Assembly (NCBI GenBank): GCA_002189035.1
Contig: NEEC01000352.1
Coordinates: 1 to 34,957, forward strand
Length of the DNA: 34,957 nucleotides
From: Utricularia gibba
Lineage: Eukaryota > Plantae > Magnoliophyta
Direction: 5' to 3'
A program made the position numbers and the translations under genes. Of the stretch, positions 27,201-34,957 are shown in pieces. The notes under the pieces were generated by a model. The model saw only the letters and a list, made by a program, of their open reading frames with translations, had not been told where the DNA came from and did no database searches. Each line of letters begins with the position of its first letter. The first letter of the stretch is position 1.

Positions 27201-30200
27201 TGTGACTCGGGACACCTGACTCGATGCGAATGTGATTTTTGACATGCAAAACATATGTATTTCATGGACGATGTGAAATTTGGATTTCGAGATGATCATT
27301 TAAGATGCCATGTGTGTCCCTAGCCACAACTCATGGTGGCCTCGTGCACTCTTCGGTATCGAGTGGATATCTTGCAAACGGTGATGAGTCATGTTGCACA
27401 TATCATACCGTTTCGAAGCTCGTTCCGAGCCAGTTCTTTCGTGTGAGAACTTGTTCGTCCGAGGCACAAATGCTCGAAAGATTGCCTTATATTAGCCTTC
27501 AGATGTGCAACGAAGTGGCCACCACGTTCGCGAAAATGTGACTCGGGACACCTGACTCGATGCGAATGTGATTTTTGACATGCAAGACATATGTATTTCA
27601 TGGACGATGTGAAATTTTGGATTTCGAGATGATCATTTAAGATGCCATGGGTGTGTCCCTAGCCACAACCTCATGGTGGCCTCGTGCACTCTTCGGTATC
27701 GAGTGGATATCTTACAAATGGTGATGAGTCATGTTGCACATAGCATACCGTTTCGAAGCTCGTTCCGAGCCGGTCTTCTTTCGTGTTGAGAACTTGTTCG
27801 TCCGAGGAGGCACAAATGCTCGAAAGATTGCCTTATATTAGCCTTCAGATGTGCAACGAAGTGGCCACCACGTTCGCGAAAATGTGACTCGGGACACCTG
27901 ACTCGATGCGAATGTGATTTTTGACATGCAAAACATATGTATTTCATGGACGATGTGAAATTTCGGATTTCGAGATGATCATTTAAGATGCCATGGTGTG
28001 TCCCTAGCCACACCTCATGGTGGCCTCGTGCACTCTTCGGTATCGAGTGGATATCTTGCAAACGGTGATGAGTCATGTTGCACATATCATACCGTTTCGA
28101 AGCTCGTTCCGAGCCGGTCTTCTTTCGTGTTGAGAACTTGTTCGTCCGAGGCTGCACAAATGCTCGAAAGATTGCCTTATATTAGCCTTCAGATGTGCAA
28201 CGAAGTGGCCACCACGTTCGCGAAAATGTGACTCGGGACACCTGACTCGATGCGAATGTGATTTTTGACATGCAAACATATGTATTTCATGGGACGATGT
28301 GAAATTTGGATTTCGAGATGATCATTAAGATGCCATGGTGTGTCCCTAGCCACACCTCATGGTGGCCTCGTGCACTCTTCGGTATCGAGTGGATATCTTG
28401 CAAACGGTGATGAGTCATGTTGCACCATACCGTTTCGAAGCTCGTTCCGAGCCGGTCTTTTTTCGTGTGAGAACTTGTTCGTCCGAGGAGCACAAATGCT
28501 CGAAAGATTGCCTTATATTAGCCTTCAGATGTGCAACGAAGTGGCCACCACTTCGCGAAAATGTGACTCGGGACACCTGACTCGATGCGAATGTGATTTT
28601 TGACATGCAAAACATATGTATTTCATGGACGATGTGAAATTTCGGATTTCGAGATGATCATTTAAGATGCCATGGGTGTGTCCCTAGCCACAACCTCATG
28701 GTGGCCTCGTGCACTCTTCGGTATCGAGTGGATATCTTGCAAACGGTGATGAGTCATGTTGCACATATCATACCGTTTCGAAGCTCGTTCCGAGCCGGTC
28801 TTCTTTCGTGTTGAGAACTTGTTCGTCCGAGGAGGCACAAATGCTCGAAAGATTGCCTTATATTAGCCTTCAGATGTGCAACGAAGTGGCCACCACGTTC
28901 GCGAAAATGTGACTCGGGACACCTGACTCGATGCGAATGTGATTTTTGACATGCAAAACATATGTATTTCATGGACGATGTGAAATTTCGGATTTCGAGA
29001 TGATCATTTAAGATGCCATCGGTGTGTGGCTAGCCACAACCTCATGGTGGCCTCGTGCACTCTTCGGTATCGAGTGGATATCTTGCAAATGGTGATGAGT
29101 CATGTTGCACATATCATACCGTTTCGAGCTCGTTCCGAGCCGGTCTTTCGTGTTGAGAACTTGTTCGTCCGAGGAGGCACAAATGCTCGAAAGATTGCCT
29201 TATATTAGCCTTCAGATGTGCAACGAAGTGGCCACCACGTTCGCGAAAATGTGACTCGGGACACCTGACTCGATGCGAATGTGATTTTTGACATGCAAGA
29301 CATATGTATTTCATGGGACGATGTGAAATTTGGATTTCGAGATGATCATTTAAGATGGGTGTGTCCCTAGCCACAACCTCATGGTGGCCTCGTGCACTCT
29401 TCGGTATCGAGTGGATATCTTGCAAACGGTGATGAGTCATGTTGCACATATCATACCGTTTCGAAGCTCGTTCCGAGCCGGTCTTCTTTCGTGTTGAGAA
29501 CTTGTTCGTCCGAGGCTGCACAAATGCTCGAAAGATTGCCTTATATTAGCCTTCAGATGTGCAACGAAGTGGCCACCACGTTCGCGAAAATGTGACTCGG
29601 GACACCTGACTCGATGCGAATGTGATTTTTGACATGCAAGACATATGTATTTCATGGGACGATGTGAAATTTGGATTTCGAGATGATCATTTAAGATGGG
29701 TGTGTCCCTAGCCACAACCTCATGGTGGCCTCGTGCACTCTTCGGTATCGAGTGGATATCTTGCAAACGGTGATGAGTCATGTTGCACATATCATACCGT
29801 TTCGAAGCTCGTTCCGAGCCGGTCTTCTTTCGTGTTGAGAACTTGTTCGTCCGAGGAGCACAAATGCTCGAAAGATTGCCTTATATTAGCCTTCAGATGT
29901 GCAACGAAGTGGCCACCACGTTCGCGAAAATGTGACTCGGGACACCTGACTCGATGCGAATGTGATTTTTGACATGCAAGACATATTTCATGGGACGATG
30001 TGAAATTTTGGATTTCGAGATGATCATTTAAGATGCCAGGTGTGTCCCTAGCCACAACCTCATGGTGGCCTCGTGCACTCTTCGGTATCGAGTGATATCT
30101 TGCAAACGGTGATGAGTCATGTTGCACATATCATACCGTTTCGAAGCTCGTTCCGAGCCGGTCTTCTTTCGTGTTGAGAACTTGTTCGTCGAGGAGGCAC

Positions 30201-33200
30201 AAATGCTCGAAAGATTGCCTTATATTAGCCTTCAGATGTGCAACGAAGTGGCCACCACGTTCGCGAAAATGTGACTCGGGACACCTGACTCGATGCGAAT
30301 GTGATTTTGACATGCAAACATATGTATTTCATGGGACGATGTGAAATTTGGATTTCGAGATGATCATTTAAGATGGGTGTGTCCCTAGCCACAACTCATG
30401 GTGGCCTCGTGCACTCTTCGGTATCGAGTGGATATCTTGCAAACGGTGATGAGTCATGTTGACGTTCCGAGCCGGTCTTCTTTCGTGTTGAGAACTTGTT
30501 CGTCCGAGGAGGCACAAATGCTCGAAAGATTGCCTTATATTAGCCTTCAGATGTGCAACGAAGTGGCCACCACGTTCGCGAAAATGTGACTCGGGACACC
30601 TGACTCGATGCGAATGTGATTTTTGACATGCAAACATATGTATTTCATGGACGATGTGAAATTTCGGATTTCGAGATGATCATTTAAGATGCCATGGGTG
30701 TGTCCCTAGCCACAACCTCATGGTGGCCTCGTGCACTCTTCGGTATCGAGTGGATATCTTGCAAACGGTGATGAGTCATGTTGCACATATCATACCGTTT
30801 CGAAGCTCGTTCCGAGCCGGTCTTCTTTCGTGTTGAGAACTTGTTCGTCCGAGGAGGCACAAATGCTCGAAAGATTGCCTTATATTAGCCTTCAGATGTG
30901 CAACGAAGTGGCCACCACGTTCGCGAAAATGTGACTCGGGACACCTGACTCGATGCGAATGTGATTTTTGACATGCAAGACATATGTATTTCATGGGACG
31001 ATGTGAAATTTGGATTTCGAGATGATCATTTAAGATGCCATGGGTGTGTCCCTAGCCACAACCTCATGGTGGCCTCGTGCACTCTTCGGTATCGAGTGGA
31101 TATCTTGCAAATGGTGATGAGTCATGTTGCACATAGCATACCGTTTCGAAGCTCGTTCCGAGCCGGTCTTCTTTCGTGTTGAGAACTTGTTCGTCCGAGG
31201 CTGCACAAATGCTCGAAAGATTGCCTTATATTAGCCTTCAGATGTGCAACGAAGTGGCCACCACGTTCGCGAAAATGTGACTCGGGACACCTGACTCGAT
31301 GCGAATGTGATTTTTGACATGCAAGACATATGTATTTCATGGACGATGTGAAATTTGGATTTCGAGATGATCATTTAAGATGTGTGTCCCTAGCCACAAC
31401 CTCATGGTGGCCTCGTGCACTCTTCGGTATCGAGTGGATATCTTGCAAACGGTGATGAGTCATGTTGCACATATCATACCGTTTCGAAGCTCGTTCCGAG
31501 CCGGTCTTCTTTCGTGTTGAGAACTTGTTCGTCCGCACAAATGCTCGGTTAGCCTTCAGATGTGCAACGAAGTGGCCACCACGTTCGCGAAAATGTGACT
31601 CGGACACCTGACTCGATGCGAATGTGATTTTTGACATGCAAGACATATGTATTTCATGGACGATGTGAAATTTTGATTTCGAGATGATCATTTAAGATGG
31701 GTGTGTCCCTAGCCACAACCTCATGGTGGCCTCGTGCACTCTTCGGTATCGAGTGGATATCTTGCAAACGGTGATGAGTCATGTTGCACATATCATACCG
31801 TTTCGAAGCTCGTTCCGAGCCGGTCTTCTTTCGTGTTGAGAACTTGTTCGTCCGAGGAGGCACAAATGCTCGAAAGATTGCCTTATATTAGCCTTCAGAT
31901 GTGCAACGAAGTGGCCACCACGTTCGCGAAATGTGACTCGGGACACCTGACTCGATGCGAATGTGATTTTTGACATGCAAGACATATGTATTTCATGGGA
32001 CGATGTGAAATTTGGATTTCGAGATGATCATTTAAGATGCCAGGTGTGTCCCTAGCCACAACCTCATGGTGGCCTCGTGCACTCTTCGGTATCGAGTGGA
32101 TATCTTGCAAACGGTGATGAGTCATGTTGCACATATCATACCGTTTCGAAGCTCGTTCCGAGCCGGTCTTCTTTCGTGTTGAGAACTTGTTCGTCCGAGG
32201 CACAAATGCTCGAAAGATTGCCTTATATTAGCCTTCAGATGTGCAACGAAGTGGCCACCACGTTCGCGAAATGTGACTCGGGACACCTGACTCGATGCGA
32301 ATGTGATTTTTGACATGCAAGACATATGTATTTCATGGGACGATGTGAAATTTGGATTTCGAGATGATCATTTAAGATGGGTGTGTCCCTAGCCACACCT
32401 CATGGTGGCCTCGTGCACTCTTCGGTATCGAGTGGATATCTTGCAACGGTGATGAGTCATGTTGCACATATCATACCGTTTCGAAGCTCGTTCCGAGCCG
32501 GTCTTCTTTCGTGTTGAGAACTTGTTCGTCCGAGGGCACAAATGCTCGAAAGATTGCCTTATATTAGCCTTCAGATGTGCAACGAAGTGGCCACCACGTT
32601 CGCGAAAATGTGACTCGGGACACCTGACTCGATGCGAATGTGATTTTTGACATGCAAGACATATGTATTTCATGGGACGATGTGAAATTTGGATTTCGAG
32701 ATGATCATTTAAGATGGGGTGTGTCCCTAGCCACAACCTCATGGTGGCCTCGTGCACTCTTCGGTATCGAGTGGATATCTTGCAAACGGTGATGAGTCAT
32801 GTTGCACATAGCATACCGTTTCGAAGCTCGTTCCGAGCCGGTCTTCTTTCGTGTTGAGAACTTGTTCGTCCGAGGAGGCACAAATGCTCGAAAGATTGCC
32901 TTATATTAGCCTTCAGATGTGCAACGAAGTGGCCACCACGTTCGCGAAAATGTGACTCGGGACACCTGACTCGATGCGAATGTGATTTTTGACATGCAAG
33001 ACATATGTATTTCATGGGACGATGTGAAATTTTGGATTTCGAGATGATCATTTAAGATGCCATGGTGTGTCCCTAGCCACAACCTCATGGTGGCCTCGTG
33101 CACTCTTCGGTATCGAGTGGATATCTTGCAAACGGTGATGAGTCATGTTGCACATTACGTTTCTTCTTTCGTGTTGAGAACTTGTTCGTCCGAGGAGCAC

Positions 33201-34957
33201 AAATGCTCGAAAGATTGCCTTATATTAGCCTTCAGATGTGCAACGAAGTGGCCACCACGTTCGCGAAAATGTGACTCGGGACACCTGACTCGATGCGAAT
33301 GTGATTTTGACATGCAAGACATATGTATTTCATGGGACGATGTGAAATTTGGATTTCGAGATGATCATTTAAGATGCCAGGGTGTGTCCCTAGCCACAAC
33401 CTCATGGTGGCCTCGTGCACTCTTCGGTATCGAGTGGATATCTTGCAAACGGTGATGAGTCATGTTGCACATATCATACCGTTTCGAAGCTCGTTCCGAG
33501 CCGGTCTTCTTTCGTGTTGAGAACTTGTTCGTCCGAGGCTGCACAAATGCTCGAAAGATTGCCTTATATTAGCCTTCAGATGTGCAACGAAGTGGCCACC
33601 ACGTTCGCGAAAATGTGACTCGGGACCTGACTCGATGCGAATGTGATTTTTGACATGCAAGACATATGTATTTCATGGACGATGTGAAATTTCGGATTTC
33701 GAGATGATCATTTAAGATGCCATGGGTGTGTCCCTAGCCACAACTCATGGTGGCCTCGTGCACTCTTCGGTATCGAGTGGATATCTTGCAAATGGTGATG
33801 AGTCATGTTGCACATAGCATACCGTTTCGAAGCTCGTTCCGAGCCGGTCTTCTTTCGTGTTGAGAACTTGTTCGTCCGAGGAGGCACAAATGCTCGAAAG
33901 ATTGCCTTATATTAGCCTTCAGATGTGCAACGAAGTGGCCACCACATTCGCGAAAATGTGACTCGGGACACCTGACTCGATGCGAATGTGATTTTTGACA
34001 TGCAAGACATATGTATTTCATGGGACGATGTGAAATTTGATTTCGAGATGATCATTTAAGATGCCATAGCCACAACCTCAAGTGGGGATCGAGTGGATAT
34101 CTTGCAAACGGTGATGAGTCATGTTGCACATATCATACCGTTTCGAAGCTCGTTCCGAGCCGGTCTTCTTTCGTGTTGAGAACTTGTTCGTCCGAGGAGG
34201 CACAAATGCTCGAAAGATTGCCTTATATTAGCCTTCAGATGTGCAACGAAGTGGCCACCACGTTCGCGAAAATGTGACTCGGGACACCTGACTCGATGCG
34301 AATGTGATTTTTGACATGCAAACATATGTATTTCATGGGACGATGTGAAATTTCGGATTTCGAGATGATCATTTAAGATGCCAGGGTGTGTCCCTAGCCA
34401 CAACCTCATGGTGGCCTCGTGCACTCTTCGGTATCGAGTGGATATCTTACAAATGGTGATGAGTCATGTTGCACATAGCATACCGTTTCGAAGCTCGTTC
34501 CGAGCCGGTCTTCTTTCGTGTTGAGAACTTGTTCGTCCGAGCTGCACAAATGCTCGAAAGATTGCCTTATATTAGCCTTCAGATGTGCAACGAAGTGGCC
34601 ACCACGTTCGCGAAAATGTGACTCGGGACACCTGACTCGATGCGAATGTGATTTTTGACATGCAAACATATGTATTTCATGGGACGATGTGAAATTTCGG
34701 ATTTCGAGATGATCATTTAAGATGCCATGGTGTGTCCCTAGCCACACCTCATGGTGGCCTCGTGCACTCTTCGGTATCGAGTGGATATCTTGCAAACGGT
34801 GATGAGTCATGTTGCACATATCATACCGTTTCGAAGCTCGTTCCGAGCCGGTCTTCTTTCGTGTTGAGAACTTGTTCGTCCGAGGAGCACAAATGCTCGA
34901 AAGATTGCCTTATATTAGCCTTCAGATGTGCAACGAAGTGGCCACCACGTTCGCGAA
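21221..34957. repeat. Variant domain III (GCAAAAC-dominated to ~29.0 kb, GCAAGAC-dominated after)
   Basis: The CATCGG (first ~21847), CCAGG (first 22862) and GAGGCTGC (first 23712) variants occur only here. CATGTGAC and ACGTATG are absent. Confidence 0.7.

Larger units (their letters stand above)
1..34957. repeat. Tandem satellite DNA array, ~346-347 bp monomer, ~103 head-to-tail copies, truncated by both window ends; family not identified
   Basis: The anchor GATCATT(T)AA recurs about every 335-347 bp from 138 to 34711 (about 102 anchors counted by eye, plus one copy that lost its anchor). Identical spurious ORFs recur at 346-bp spacing (9282, 9628, 9974). No unique sequence, inversion or insertion element was seen. 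Confidence 0.99.

Noticed and set aside
233-34819. Many 60-193 aa ORFs on both strands (MHSSVSSGYL..., ...RERGGHFVAHLKANIRQSFEHL...)
   Set aside because: They are the same monomer translated repeatedly. The 346-347 bp unit is not a multiple of 3, longer ORFs (e.g. 25355-25936) arise only where indels fuse frames, and I recognise no protein family.
1-34957. Rolling-circle concatemer of a viroid-sized (~347 nt) circular RNA or minicircle
   Set aside because: Copies of one circle should differ only by random error, yet variants are recurrent, linked and regionally confined. No hammerhead core CTGANGA was found on either strand; the nearest match is GTGATGAG.
1-34957. CRISPR array
   Set aside because: There are no unique spacers; the entire 347-bp unit repeats, and no cas genes or leader are present.
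1-34957. 5S rDNA or tRNA/snRNA tandem gene cluster (similar unit sizes exist)
   Set aside because: I saw no recognisable 5S, tRNA, snRNA or spliced-leader sequence, Pol III A/B/C boxes or gene-terminator layout in the monomer.
1-34957. Private 6-25 bp deletions (e.g. ~2035, 5964, 16922, 22632, 30461, 31535, 33155, 34066)
   Set aside because: Each is seen once, often with garbled junctions, and is more consistent with sequencing error than with true variants.
1-34957. Telomere repeats, transposon insertion or array inversion
   Set aside because: No TTTAGGG or TTAGGG tracts, no non-monomer sequence and no orientation switch were seen.
1-34957. Assignment to a named ~340-360 bp satellite family
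   Set aside because: Monomer length alone is not evidence, and I cannot match the sequence from memory. A database search is required.

Overview
The whole window is one uninterrupted head-to-tail tandem satellite array. It holds about 103 copies of a ~346-347 bp monomer (47% GC, CpG not depleted), all in the same orientation, and is cut mid-monomer at both ends. I see no credible genes, RNA genes, mobile elements or CRISPR array. All listed ORFs are recurrent translations of the monomer, fused or broken by indels. I do not recognise the satellite family or host; a eukaryotic, possibly plant, centromeric or subtelomeric satellite is my inference only. Deletion-biased noise suggests an uncorrected long read or low-polish assembly. 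Beneath the noise, recurrent diagnostic variants show real structure: (i) three or four variant domains; (ii) a phase-locked two-monomer alternation (incipient higher-order repeat) at ~8.9-18.2 kb; (iii) a ~95-bp deletion at 21220/21221 that coincides with a switch in variant set; (iv) a recurrent CC>GG change that perfects a 14-bp palindrome; (v) a dyad-rich monomer. I found no new protein-coding system; the interest lies in satellite structure and evolution. Copy numbering, counts and positions were done by eye and may be off by a few bases.
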